Positions 13,591-26,830 of a stretch of DNA of 64,000 bases are shown one piece after another (the stretch's first letter is position 1; every line of letters starts with the position of its first letter). The translations under genes and the position numbers were made by a program. Under the pieces are notes generated by a model, which had not been told where the DNA came from, ran no database searches, and worked only from the letters and a program-made list of their open reading frames with translations. The stretch lies in NCBI GenBank assembly GCA_951406725.2, contig OX597820.1:62186001-62250000 (forward strand), written 5' to 3'. The DNA comes from Octopus vulgaris. Its lineage: Eukaryota.

Positions 13591-13864
13591 TGTGTATATA
13601 TAATATAAATTATATATATATGCATGTATACATACATATATGTACATACATATATATATATACATATGCATATGTAGGTACAGAACGTCATAAAATGTAA
13701 ACAACATGAAATACGAAAACAGGGAATACGAACATTTGGGGGGAACAACGAACGAAACAAATTGAAAACAAGACAAGTAACCTAAAGAACGACCCTTCAT
13801 CATCTGTAGTATATGTTTGAACGCCACGCATCCATATCCAAGTAACTTAATCTATCTATCTATC

Positions 13865-13895
<31 letters not shown>

Positions 13896-13916
13896 ATATA
13901 TGTATATATACATATG

Positions 13917-13948
<32 letters not shown>

Positions 13949-13972
13949 TGTATATGTATATATATGTATGTT

Positions 13973-14034
<62 letters not shown>

Positions 14035-14380
14035 TGTGTATGCTGCGTGCGTTCGTGTGTTTCTATGTGTGTGTGTGCGTACGGGTATATTTTCTGTAGG
14101 GTAGTGTCTTTTAAAGATAAACAGTCACTCACTCACCGGTACCAATGGCCACACACGCATTTATGTCGAGAGCGTCGGAGTATTTCTGCGTTTAAACGTA
14201 GCTGTATATTTATCTCTCATTCTCTTTGTATTTTTAATGTATTTCATCCCTGTGTTCAATGCATATCTATTTATACACTTAGGCATTGCGAGACCAAAAA
14301 CCCGATGTAGAACTCAATACACGTGTGTTTCAGAAAGTAGTGTTGGCTGAGTATAGAACGGTTATAAGAAAGAGATATAA

Positions 14381-14533
14381 CAAAAAAATAAATGATTATC
14401 TTATGGACTACAGTAGCTTACGGCTGTTTCTGACATAGTTGTCATTCAGGCATTCAACTATGGATCCGTTGCAACTTATAGCAGACACAACCGTAAGATT
14501 ATGAACTTCATTAGATAATCATTTATTCTTTGG
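14381..14533. repeat. Fold-back element (about 50 bp imperfect inverted arms)
   Basis: AATAAATGATTATCT...CTTACGGCTGTTTCTG pairs with CAGACACAACCGTAAG...AGATAATCATTTATT. Confidence 0.75.
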
Positions 14534-15347
14534 TCATTTATCATTCTGTGAAATTAGAGGCGTGTATATGTGTTGATGAATAAACGTATATATGTGTATA
14601 CTGTAAGATTATACGCATATATGTGTGTGTACATGTGTTTATATGATTGTGTGTGCTTGTACATACGTAGAGGTAGGTTTATATTTGCATGTATGTATCT
14701 AAGACATTGTATCTATTCGCCGTTATACTGTGGTGAAAGGAACATATATATATATATATATATATATAACCTTCGACAGAGTAACAGTTACATATACAAC
14801 TTGAAGACACATATCAGTACATAAACACACGGTTACAAGTACATACACATATACACACATGCAGACTTGTCTACTCACATACGTAACTACTCACATACAT
14901 ACATACATACATACATACATACATACATACATACATACATACATACATACATACATACATACATACAAAAATACATACATACATTCATAATTACATACAT
15001 ATATACATATCGTGAACTAAATGTTACTTTCTTAGATGCAGCACGAACTTTTGTCTGTGAACAGGTCGCGGTTTCAAAGCGACGAAAATATTTTAATGCA
15101 AATTAAACTTAAATACTGAAGTGAAACTAACGGCTCTTGTGCGTTCTTAAACATCTTCCACGCTGCAATTGAGTATGTATGTATATATATATATATATAT
15201 ATATACACACGCGCACACACACAAATAGAGGTTACAAACCTTATTCAGGGATAGCAAAATCTTATGAAAGTACTGGTTATTTACCTATACAAAGAATGTT
15301 GAACATTACAGTTAATACTGAACTGCAAGGTAACTATAGAAACATTG

Positions 15348-15392
<45 letters not shown>

Positions 15393-15444
15393 TTATAATA
15401 AGATAAGAATATAAAGAGATAATTAATGTAGTTACAAGCTGAAA

Positions 15445-15675
15445 ATGCATTGTGAGTGGAGTTTGGAGATGGAAACTGAATGAAGCCCTTCGTATATATG
15501 TGTGTGTACGTATGTGTGAGTGTGTATGTGCGTAACTTAGGGGTTCGGTAAAAGCGATCGATAAATAAGTACTACGCTGAAGATATAAGTACTGGGGTTG
15601 ACTCGTTCGACTAAAATTCTTGAACGCGGCACCCTAGCCCCGCTGCAGTCAAAAGATTGAAACAAGTATAAGATC
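15445..15675 (+). mobile_element. SINE family 1, decayed partial copy
   Basis: TGTGAGTGGA.TTTGG..GATGGAAACTGA, AACTTAGGGGTTCGG, GCAGTCAAA.GATTGAAACAAGTA. Confidence 0.75.
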
Positions 15676-16084
15676 TATAATACATACGCATACACACACG
15701 CACGCACACACACACATATAAATATACATCCATGCATACATATATGCATATATGTGTGTGTGTGTTTGTGCGTTCGCATTATTTGTAATTCACTGAAATT
15801 TTAACGATAAAACTTTATAAATGAAATAGAATATTTATATAACTTACCAGTTTTATATTATACGGCTATCCATGAATTTGTAATTAATGATTTTATCATT
15901 TCATGATGGCATATGTTTTGTGTGATGTTCTTATAATTCATAATTTTAATAAGCAGATATTAGCAATAGCAGAGAAAGTAATAAATTATTCTTATTAACA
16001 GTAACAGGGAATTAATATGTGGAATATCCATTTTCTCCAATTAATAATTGCAATAAATATAAATGTATATTTATTAAACGTGCG

Positions 16085-17850
16085 CATTTGAGCGTGGTCG
16101 ATATTTTTCAATGCATGTAGCTACATCTATCCGTTGCTGTTAAAATCTTCCTTCACCATATTGATTTAGATGAATATTATTTATTTCAGTTGATGATTCC
16201 GTGCACATGTATCTATACATTCATTAAGACATATTTGTCTGTAAATGGAAAATCATATTTGCTCTCTATATCGTGTCACGCCTTTTCTTAAATTCGTTCC
16301 TTTGAGCCTGCATATTTCCTATCATATCTTAAACGAGTAATTACATACATTAATTTTGTAGACGTACAGGTAAAATCGTTTCCTTGAAATGGAATCCTTT
16401 TTCAAAGTGGAATTCTGAAATATGGACAAAATTAGATTATTCCAAAGATTTTTTCAAAGCATTTGCTCTGTTAATTCTGTAGTTGTTCAATATAATTTAG
16501 GATCAGTTGATATTATCTTTCTTGATTCTGACTATCCACCACTGTTTATAACTGGATTTTTATTTGTAGAATTTGATTCATTGTGGTAACGTTTTACAGC
16601 AGGTAATATTATAGGCTTCATTGTTTTTAGGATTGTTGGTAGCGACATATATTAACACTTTCAATTCAAATGCATTGTTTAGTTTTACTTGTGTTTGTAC
16701 CCTGACATCAATTGCAACCCATCATCTTTTAAGAATGGGGAGATATGAATCTGGACGAGTATATCATTAAGTTTCTGGAGTAGTTTATTACGATACTTAT
16801 ATTACATACATCTGTGCATATCCTCTTGGGAAACTAAAGGGTATATTTGTTCAAGTATGATTGTCATCGATTATATATTGAATCGGGTCTGTAATATATA
16901 AGTCTATAATATCTGTCTCCTGCTGAATTTCATAATAAAATAACTAAAATTAGTAAGGTCTCTTAAGTGTGTTCCTTTGACAGTCAAATGCCAATATTAA
17001 TAATTTTTATAAACCCATTCCAATTTAATCATCGAGAAACCATTTCCAGTTCTCTTTTGTATACAGGTAGGAAAGATTTCCGTATGTTCTTGATTTACTG
17101 TGCTTTCCTAATATCTATAACTTAATTTACGTTGACTAGGGTTACTTTGGTCCGCATTATATTTCCGCGTTTTGTATGTAATAATTTACATCAAATGTAA
17201 AATTGATATTTTTGAGGATAAATTTTAATACTTTAATAATCGATTCATTTCTATACATTCTAGAAATATTTATACATATTTGTCCAACAAGAGTATGATT
17301 GATTCTATTTCTTAATCGTGAGTGATATTTGTAAGCCAATCTAATACATCAAAATAAGCAATGCGTCTTTTTATTCACGAATAGTTTTGGGGAGATGTTT
17401 CAACGCACTTTGATCATCTACTAATGTACATTTTGAAATCGTTTCAATAAAATGCATGAAAACAATATTAAGGCGGTGGTCGTGACCACCTATTATTAGA
17501 CTTAATTTTAAATTTAGTGATAAAACATAGACGCATATACTTGTGAACTTAGCATGTAACGTCATTTTGTATCTGTGAAATTCTGGTAAATCATAGGGAA
17601 GACAGATTATACTAAAAATTTCTTCTGAAATTTGATTGATCATTCTTTTTCGGTGTAAATGTAACAGATCTGCATGATTTTTTATTTCTCCCAGTTGATT
17701 GCTGTTTTTAGATATTTTGTAGTTTATATTGCCTTCAATCATTAAGAAGACAATATTTTTATGGAAATTCAGAATCCGCCAAACATGTAGCTTCCTTCCA
17801 TTTCCCAGCGTCTGAAACTGGCAATTCGTTTTCATTATTTCAGTTCAATT
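16085..17850 (-). pseudogene. Decayed Penelope-like element (RT plus GIY-YIG endonuclease)
   Basis: Minus-strand fragments occur in the expected order: LKFILKNINFTFDVNYYIQ (RT), NWKWFLDD (YxDD), HT*TNIPFS, DFTCTSTKLMYVIT...KYAG (FTCxSxNLIYxI..YIG of GIY-YIG), YRQICL.E.IDTC, CIEKYRP..N. Many stops and frameshifts. Confidence 0.75.
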
Positions 17851-18062
17851 ATATATGTCAATCAGTAGCCCTGGTGTTTGACTTAAGCCCTTTGGTTATG
17901 TGTGACATTACATGGAAAATGTCATTTTGATCACAAAATTAAGTGTTTTATTTCCACCGTTTTATGAAAAATAGCTGCAAATATAAAAATGCTTGTCCAT
18001 ATTCATACATACATGAACACTTATATACATACATATGTGGGTGTGTGCTTGTGTGTGAGTAC

Positions 18063-18104
<42 letters not shown>

Positions 18105-18393
18105 GTGTGTGGTGTTCATTTATCTTTTCACCTGTGCTACATGAATACCTTATATAATTTTTACCTATACGTTTTTTCCAAGATGGCCACTTGATATGAT
18201 CGTTATACTAAACAATAGTCTTAACCTTTTTATATATAAAAATATATATTCGCTTCGTGTTATCATATTCACTGCAGTGGTATTTTGACCATATAACACA
18301 TGGTGTAAGACGAACAAATGAATTACTTTGGTATATACGTGCACATATATGTACGTATACGTGCGTATATGTAAGTATTCGTATTTTTCAAAT

Positions 18394-18456
<63 letters not shown>

Positions 18457-18457
18457 C

Positions 18458-18690
18458 ATTTTCTAAATGAAACCACATCTTTGGCGATTTTTCTTCCGTC
18501 TTCTTTTTCTCTTCGACTTCCCTCTGTCTTCTTTTTCTGAAGAAGAGCTTTGCTCGAAACATAAAACCACCTTTCTCTGCTTCTCTGAGCGTCTGCTAAT
18601 ACTTTGCATTTACCACGTCCTCGCGTGGCTGTTTGCTCTTCTTGTGTTTGTTCTCGTTTTCTTTTTTTTTTTTTGGTGGGTGGGATTTAC
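18458..18690 (+). mobile_element. Family A hammerhead-bearing element, copy 2, flanked by (TA)n on both sides
   Basis: TTT-CTGAAGA-A-GAGC-TTT-GCTC-GAA-ACAT-A-AAA at 18534-18566. The tail is homologous to 1-167. Confidence 0.7.
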
Positions 18691-18735
18691 TATATATGTA
18701 TATATATTTGTAATTATGTACTAATTTTGGCGTAT

Positions 18736-18791
18736 TTCTACTGATGAAGGCAAAGTATTTTCTTACTAAGCCTGAAATCGCCGATGTAGAG
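18736..18791 (+). ncRNA. Type I hammerhead (family B), cleavage site mutated (AUG)
   Basis: TTCTA-CTGATGA-AGGC-(18 nt)-GCCT-GAA-ATC-GCC-GAT-G-TAGAG. All three stems pair. It is followed by TTAAC, like the 11689 copy (ATAAC). Confidence 0.75.
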
Positions 18792-19319
18792 TTAACCATT
18801 CAGTTTATGCTAATTTGTTTGTTCATTTATCTCTTCACCTTTGCTATATGAATACAGGATGTGGTTCTAGAGTCAGTTGTCACTGCTATTTCTGGCATGG
18901 TGGTGCCTCTTCGATATCCTTAATTATAATTATATATGTATATGTTCATACATACATGTATATATGTGTGTGCGTATGTATGTATATATAATGAACATTA
19001 TATACGATAACTCTTTTGTGCAAATAATTACAAAGCTTTCCGGTAGAGAGGTTTAGTTGAGTAAATGTATGCAAATGTATTCTAGCTCACTAGGAGCGCC
19101 ACTGAGTGGCCTTTTGATCTGCTAGACAGAACAACCAAATATTTCTGAAACCTTTCTTACACAATTAAATACTCTACATTGGATAATAAGAATTTGGGCA
19201 CACCATAATAATAAAAAAAGACGTATGTTTCATAGAATGTATTTGATAATAGGCCTGCCACGTAAGAGCTAACGTATAAGAACCCACGCTACAACAACAA
19301 CACCAATGCAATCTTATCT

Positions 19320-19520
19320 TTCATCTTTTATATTTTTCAGTCTTTGCGATTACGGTCATGCTGTAGAACCGCCTTGAAGGATCTTCGTCGATGGAATCTA
19401 CTGCTGTACTTATTTTTTTTAAAGCCAGGTACTTTTTCTATCGGGGTCTTTTGCTAAATTATTTTATAACGGGGACGTAAGCAGGCCGACACCTGTTGTC
19501 ATGTGGAGTACAAGCACATG
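19320..19520 (-). mobile_element. SINE family 1 3' fragment, decayed
   Basis: TTTCAGTC...GGTCATGCTG...CCGCCTT and TCTATCGG..TCTTTTGC...ACGGGGACGTAA. Confidence 0.65.
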
Positions 19521-19733
19521 CACACAAATGCATATACGTACATATATATATGTATATATGTATGTATGTATGTAGGTAGGTATATATACAAGCATCTATG
19601 TATCTATCTATATGTATATATATATATATATTATATGTAATATATAATATATATAGACATTTATATATATATATACACACTTGGAAATGGATGCCTCGCG
19701 TTTAATTAAATAATAAATGATAAATATTATATG

Positions 19734-19777
<44 letters not shown>

Positions 19778-20329
19778 TATATGCATGCATATATGGATAC
19801 AGGACGTCACCGACTATGCAAATAACATGCAATATGTAAACACACGAGGGAAAAACGTGTGAAATACATAAACAGCGAGAATAAATGGAGAACAGTACGA
19901 GTTAACATAGAGAAAGGTCTCTCATCAGTTAGGATTTATGGGAGGTCAAAGATGGGAACAAAAAAATGATAGTGGTGAAATACAAGGAAATCGAACTAAA
20001 ACAAGCATGGAGTGTCTTTAGACTAGAACGAGAGGAAAATAGTGCACGCTGGGAGAATCATTTTTTTGAAGAGAGAAAAGATAGAAGAGAAAGAGAAAAT
20101 CACATCTGTTCGTTTAAATGCCAGTGCAGGAAAAGAACTGATGAAGGGTCCTGAAGAACACGTTATATCCTTAATTGTTTTTTACATTAAGAAAGACAGA
20201 TAAGAGAATTAGTTTTACCAAACCTTATAAATAATATTATCCCCACGAATGCAAAAAAATACAAGGATTTATGTAACTAAAATCTCTTTGTAGGACACAT
20301 AATGTAATGAGTCAGAGAGGCCTAATAGT

Positions 20330-20485
20330 GCAAGAGATTTTGTGATTCTGGGAATCGTTCTCACCACCTTATAGGATGAAATGTTGCTCTCGTTGGAATT
20401 TGAACTCAGAACACAAAACAATGAGACAAATACCGCAAGATATTTTTACCAGACGCTCCAACGATTCTGTTAATCCAACGCCATA
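20330..20485 (-). mobile_element. SINE family 2, decayed
   Basis: GGAATTTGAACTCAGAAC...AAATACCGCAAG...AACGATTCTG. Confidence 0.6.
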
Positions 20486-23099
20486 TCTATAATGAATAGT
20501 TGGTATCTAGAGAATGGAAATATCGAAGACAACTTGATAGAGTAATATAACTTGATAGAATAATATAATGGTTCAGAATAATAATGGGGAAAATAACAAA
20601 TTACGTTTAGAGGTAAGTATTTCTAAATGTGTAAGCTTCTGTAATTACGTATATGATGAATTGCCCATGAATATAAGAATTATGAAAAGAAAATAAAGTA
20701 TATCTTTCGGATACATTTTCCCCAGCTACACAAGAGCGATAAGGAAGTGTATAGAACTATTGATAAATTACATATTTTTCGTATACAAACGTTTATATTT
20801 TCCGCAATTTATTTTCATTACTGTGATTAATTCATATTCTATATTACGAGCCTCTATTGTGTTGATGATAATCCGTTTCTCTCTTGCTTGGCAGTAACTT
20901 ATAAATTTCTTTGGAAACATTAACTATAATGTTGATGTAAATCCTTATATACAAAGTCAGTTTCAATTATTCAACGTTATTTAAATATTCCTAGCGGATG
21001 TTATACAAATTAAAACCGTATTATTCGGTGGCCAGGATAAAACAGGATACCTACTTAGATTTTCATTCATAAATATATGAAAACTACGAAACTCCACATT
21101 GAACAGAAACAATAAAGGCACACTAGACAAAATGGATGACAATCAAAACAATTCTCAAAACTTTACTGCTCATTTTGTACGAAGGATCGAAAAGGCTTAA
21201 ATGGACACAATATGGTTAAATTTTGATACCGCGTTCATATTTTACAGCTTCTTTGAGACGCATACAACAGTATCTCTTTTCTTTTCTTCTCTTCGATTCT
21301 TTTCTGTGATTCATTTTCAATTTTCAAAAGAAGAGTTTCTCGATCATCTTCGATTTTCATCTGGTTCGCAATCCCATAGGCAAGTAGCGTGATATTACTG
21401 AGTAAGGGGGCTCCCTATTAGATGTCAGTTTCATTGTTTCAGCATGGATGACTCTAATGCTCTCCACCAGTTGCGACAATGAGATAATTGGATCTTAGCT
21501 CCTGACACTAGCAAGTAGTAATTTTATGAACGACTCATTCCATGTGTGTCACAAGGACTAGCAACATATAATTTGTTCAAACTGTTGTTTTCATTCTCTT
21601 AGCCTTTCTTTATAGAAAACATTAAATGATTTTCATTGTCGCAAGAGTACAATTGGGTTATCTGCTTTGAATACTGGGTTTTTGATTGACTACTTTTTGG
21701 TGCCCTCAATAGAAGACAATTCTGGTATTATGTTGTGGCCATAAGAAATTGTATGTTCATGGTGACCCCCATTTAAAAACATATCACCGAAAGTTACGCC
21801 TTCACTGAACATCTGCTGATTAGTGGCACGAAAGGGACCATTAGCCAAACATTTCATCACCACCTATGGCTGCGATCCTTATGTTCAATTTTGTCAAGTA
21901 TGGCGGGAACATCGTATGAGCAATTGTATCACTTACCATTTTGGCATCTACTTCCCTACAACCACAATTTAAAAAATGATATGTAAACTATGATATGCAT
22001 TCCCTCTCTCAATAACTGAGATTTCACTTATAGATTATGACTGAATTGTTCCAGCTATTGTTGGGTGGAACAAAACAAAATGCTTCTGTGGTCATGGCAT
22101 AAAACAGTTAGTTTACCTTCCAACTAACGCGCGTATGTATGAACGATTGTTAGATTGGTGTCTGTATTGTGGGTAAACGCTATACACATCTAACTAGAAA
22201 GGTGCTTATAAGAGAAATAGGCAGATTATAGACTTCCTCTCGAGGACCCTGCAAATCGGTGCCACCAAAAAGCAATTTTTCAACGTGGACCTTAGTATTA
22301 AAAAGAGCAAAATCAGATGTGCCAATGAAAAAAAACAAAAACAAGAGACACAACAACACCAGCATTAACAGAAACAACAACACCAAACAACAGCAACCGC
22401 CCCACTCAATCCCAACACAAAAACTCAATACGTAGATTCTCCTCACTTCAGACTACTTGGACGTTCTGTGACTAGGGTAACGAAAGAGAAAAGAAAAAAA
22501 ATTTCTACTAAAAAGAGAAAGTAAAAATGGAAAAAACAGTTCTTCTTTCAGAGAAAGCTGGACAATTTGAAGTGAAGAAACTTGAAGAAAGCACAATAAC
22601 TGTAACAACTCTACAACCATTGCCAATTGCAAAAATCACACTGCAAAAACCACAAAAAAGCAACCCAATTCATATATCAAACCACAATAAAAATAATACT
22701 CACAAAGTAACAATAAAGTACACGGTCATAGACACAAACAACAGAGAATAAATTAGACATAAACATCAACTCAAAGCATTATACAAAATTAATTCATCAT
22801 ACCAGCAAATGACATAGAAATCTGAAAACGCAAGACACAATAAACTTAAACAAAAATATCCCAATGGAATGGCAGAATTCCGAGGATTTGTAAACACAAT
22901 TTAGTCTCAGTTAGAAATGGACTGAGATGTTATCTCTTGAATGTTTAGCCGGAATGTCAAACATCTGCATCGTCTCTGACATCTTGGAGGTTCTGCTCAG
23001 CGCTGGATTGACCATTTTATGAAATAAGCACGTGCTTTAGGTATCAAGGAAAGGGGATACCGCAGAAATAGTAAACAGTTTACGGCACGAAAGAAATCA

Positions 23100-23282
23100 G
23101 TTTGAACTTTCTACAATAATATTCGGGATGTCTTATCTCTCTTAAGGGCAGAAGTAAATATATTATGTAAAATTAATTTTGAGGATCTGATCAAAGATTT
23201 CGCAATTATAAAAAGAAGAAAAGTTTAAATAAAGTGGACGTATACGTACATAAACATTATTTTCTATCTTGCTGTCATTTTT

Positions 23283-23313
<31 letters not shown>

Positions 23314-23542
23314 ATTTTTATCTAGTTTCAGCTCACAAGCTGTGGCCATGCTGGGACACCACCATTTGGTGTTGCTACATGATTTTACTTCACGAATGCT
23401 TTTTAGCAATTGCCATTTTTGCCTCATTTTGAAAAAAAAAAATTAGATGATTTATTATTGGTTAAATTTTAAATTATATATACGCGGGGGCACCAAACTC
23501 TTTTAAGTTCTTAAATTCTCTTTAGGATTTAATCCGGCCCTG
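23100..23542 (+). mobile_element. hAT DNA transposon right end (transposase C-terminus plus TIR)
   Basis: 23127-23228 translates as DVLSLLRAEVNILCKINFEDLIKDFAIIKRRKV*, the typical hAT dimerisation-domain end (LSIE...D.II..FA..K.R). The TIR-like end TTAATCCGGCCCTG (= CAGGGCCGGATTAA) is at 23529-23542. Confidence 0.7.
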
Positions 23543-23839
23543 CGTGTGCTCTTCTGCTTTGTATGAATGGGCTGGGTTTCATTTTTCTAACGCTCAATTT
23601 GCTGAGAACAGTTGCTGCATGGAGGACAGAGCATCTGGCAGTAACAGATGATTTATAGGCAAGCGCAGGTGCTATATCTCCAGCGATTCCTTGAATCCAT
23701 CAAGGAATCGCTGGAGGCTTCAGGTGTGGCCGACATGTGTTTGACATTTGAAATAATGTCAAACGCACACACCTGCGTTCTACTGAAGTGAGACAGAAAC
23801 ACAACAATGAAGTATGTTTGAAATTCTGGAATGTACACT

Positions 23840-24188
23840 ATAGTAGTAGTAGTAGTAGTAGAAGAAGAAGAAAAATAAGGAGAAAACGAAGAAAAAGAGG
23901 TAGTAGTAGTTGTAGTAGCTATAGCAACAGTGACAGCGGTAGTAGTAGTAGTAGTAGCAGTAGTAGCAGTGACAGCGGTAGTATTAGTAGTAACAGTAGT
24001 AGTAGAGGAAGAAAAGAAAGAAGGAGAAAATGAAGAAAAGAGGTAGTAGTAGCTGTAGTAGGTGTAGCAGCAGGGACAGCGGTAGTAGTAGTAGTAGTAG
24101 TAGAAGTAGTAGTAGCAGTAGTAGCAGCGATAGTAGTAGTTGTAGTTGTTGTAGTAGAAATAACGGTAATAATAGTAGTAGTGGTATC

Positions 24189-24240
<52 letters not shown>

Positions 24241-24345
24241 ACAAGTTAAAGAATAAATAAAGGAAATTGAAGAAAAAGAACCAAAACAAGTGAAGAAGAA
24301 GTAGAGGAATAGGAGGACGAGGAGGAGGAGGAGGAGGAGGACGAG
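23840..24345. repeat. Compound (AGT)n/(AGA)n/(AGG)n trinucleotide low-complexity tract with an internal duplication
   Basis: Direct reading. The unit GAAAAAGAGGTAGTAGTAG.TGTAGTAG...GACAGCGGTAG occurs twice. Confidence 0.9.
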
Positions 24346-25228
24346 GGGAATATATGGTATGTGGAGAAGATCGCTTACGTCAGCAGAAGGTTTACACATT
24401 TGTAGATTAGTGGTATAACAGACCAAATACAAGATTGCTATGTATTCTATTCTAATCTGTAAGCATGAAAGACGATGAAAAGATTAAGATAGTCTTATAA
24501 CTCATAATAGTTATCCATCTCACACGTAGTGGAACGTAAAAGTGCAGTTCTGAAAGAGAATTGTTTGAAACAACATAGCAATGATTACAAGTTATATATA
24601 TTTATATATATATGTATTTGATGGTACATTAAATATAACTCAGTAACCAATTGAAGTTTGCACCAAAAGCTGAAATTAAATCTCGGAAAAACCTGCATTG
24701 CACAACAGAGAGAAAATAGGATTCTTTTATATCACACAATGCAATAAGTAAAATAAGTATGAGAAAATACGCAATACTACTGTTTTCAAAATATTTACGA
24801 AGTGGAGAAAATAGAAAAATAACGCATTCAAATGAATAAATGTGTTACAAAAAAGCAATATAAACGTATGAATATTAATACACAAAATACTGAGATGAAT
24901 AGGAAAAACAAAATAAGAGTATTAATACTTTAGTTGTAGCTGTAAGTAACTGGAAACTCGTAAGGAAGAAAAAAACAAACAAGATAATTGCAGAATTGAG
25001 TGTGTGTGCTTGCGTACGTGTACACAAAGTAATATATATACGTATACGTATGTGTGTGCGCGCTAGCGTATGTGCCTATGTATATACATATATACCGTCA
25101 TGCATATTTCATACGCACAGGCGTATACATATATATTTATATACACATACGTATATACATACATATATGCATTTGCATATATATGTGTTTACATATATAT
25201 ATATGTGTGTATACATACATATATACAT

Positions 25229-25279
<51 letters not shown>

Positions 25280-25355
25280 TACCCTTAAGGCAATGCCGTG
25301 TGGTTATATTTACAATGGACTCTAAGAGGAAGACGACTTTTTCAAACATAATAAA

Positions 25356-25417
<62 letters not shown>

Positions 25418-26444
25418 CGTTCATACATGATGCATACATACATACATACATACATACATACATACATACATACATACATACATACATACACACGCATACA
25501 TGAATACATACATATATATGTATATATATAAAGACATCAGCGAAGTGAATAAAGCAATAGCTTACAGAAAAATGATATACATTAATGTGTAAGTACAAAA
25601 CACGTATTGGAAAAAATATGTTTTGTGGATGGTTAAGTGAAGAAATTAGATGTGGACAGCAGAAGAAATTTGGATATATGAAACAGAACGAGGAAAATTT
25701 ACATTACCAAAGAACAGCACGAAACAATATGCTATTTTACAATACAAATAGCGTATTATAATGATATGATATACGTATATATATATATATACAGCGCATA
25801 TATATGCGTATATATTTTTATGTATACATGTATATATTTATATATTTATGTATTTATACATCGCGTAAATGTGCGTATATATTTATATGATTTTGATTTT
25901 GATTTTTCCAGTTTCAGCTAATGAGCTGTGGCCATGCTGGGGCACCGCCATTTAATATGTATACATGTATATATTAATATGTATACAGGTTTATATTTAT
26001 ATATTTATGTATTTATACATATCTATGTGTGTATGTACATTATAAACAATTCGAGTGAGCCCCCTCCAGCTGTTGTCTCAACATTCTTCAAGGAAAGGGA
26101 TACTCTGATGTAAAAACCTTTCCACTTCACGTGATTACTCGTCATTCGCCTTCCACTACATACTCATCACCACAGACTCAAAAAGTGTCACTCATGTTGA
26201 CGTTTTGTCTCCTTGCTCATTTTCATCTAGCATCTACTTACCGAAAGCCCTATAGAAATGGAAGAGTGATGTGTGTGTGTCGACCTAATCAAATGGAAGT
26301 GTTACGGTTACAAAGGAACGCGTATGAACTGTCCATCTGAGAGGTCATGGAAGGAAAGGCGAAAGAGCCGTTTAAAAGGAGGAAGTACAAGAAAACTACA
26401 ATTATTTGTGAAGATGAAGTAACCACCTTCTCTGCTCTATCAAA

Positions 26445-26820
<376 letters not shown>

Positions 26821-26830
26821 TCGTACTATC

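Noticed and set aside
17371-17835. 154-aa ORF as a host gene
   Set aside because: It lies within the decayed Penelope-like element, and no independent domain is recognisable.
20131-20170. CTGATGAAGGGTCCTGAAGAAC as a hammerhead
   Set aside because: There is no properly placed GAAA, stem III or stem I. The lone CTGATGA matches near 4607, 12375 and 19922 also lack the second half.
21815-21845. CTGATTAGTGGCACGAAAG as a hammerhead
   Set aside because: G8 is missing and stem II would need a 1-nt loop.
20900-22950. Possible coding exons or retroelement ORF relic in unique-looking sequence
   Set aside because: Only weak hints (such as an IGSPL-like peptide) are present, with no ordered motif series. 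BLASTX is needed.
26050-26100. TTGAAGA-TGTTG-AGA-CAACA (minus strand) as a hammerhead
   Set aside because: The GAAAC half is absent. It may be a deleted relic but cannot be supported.
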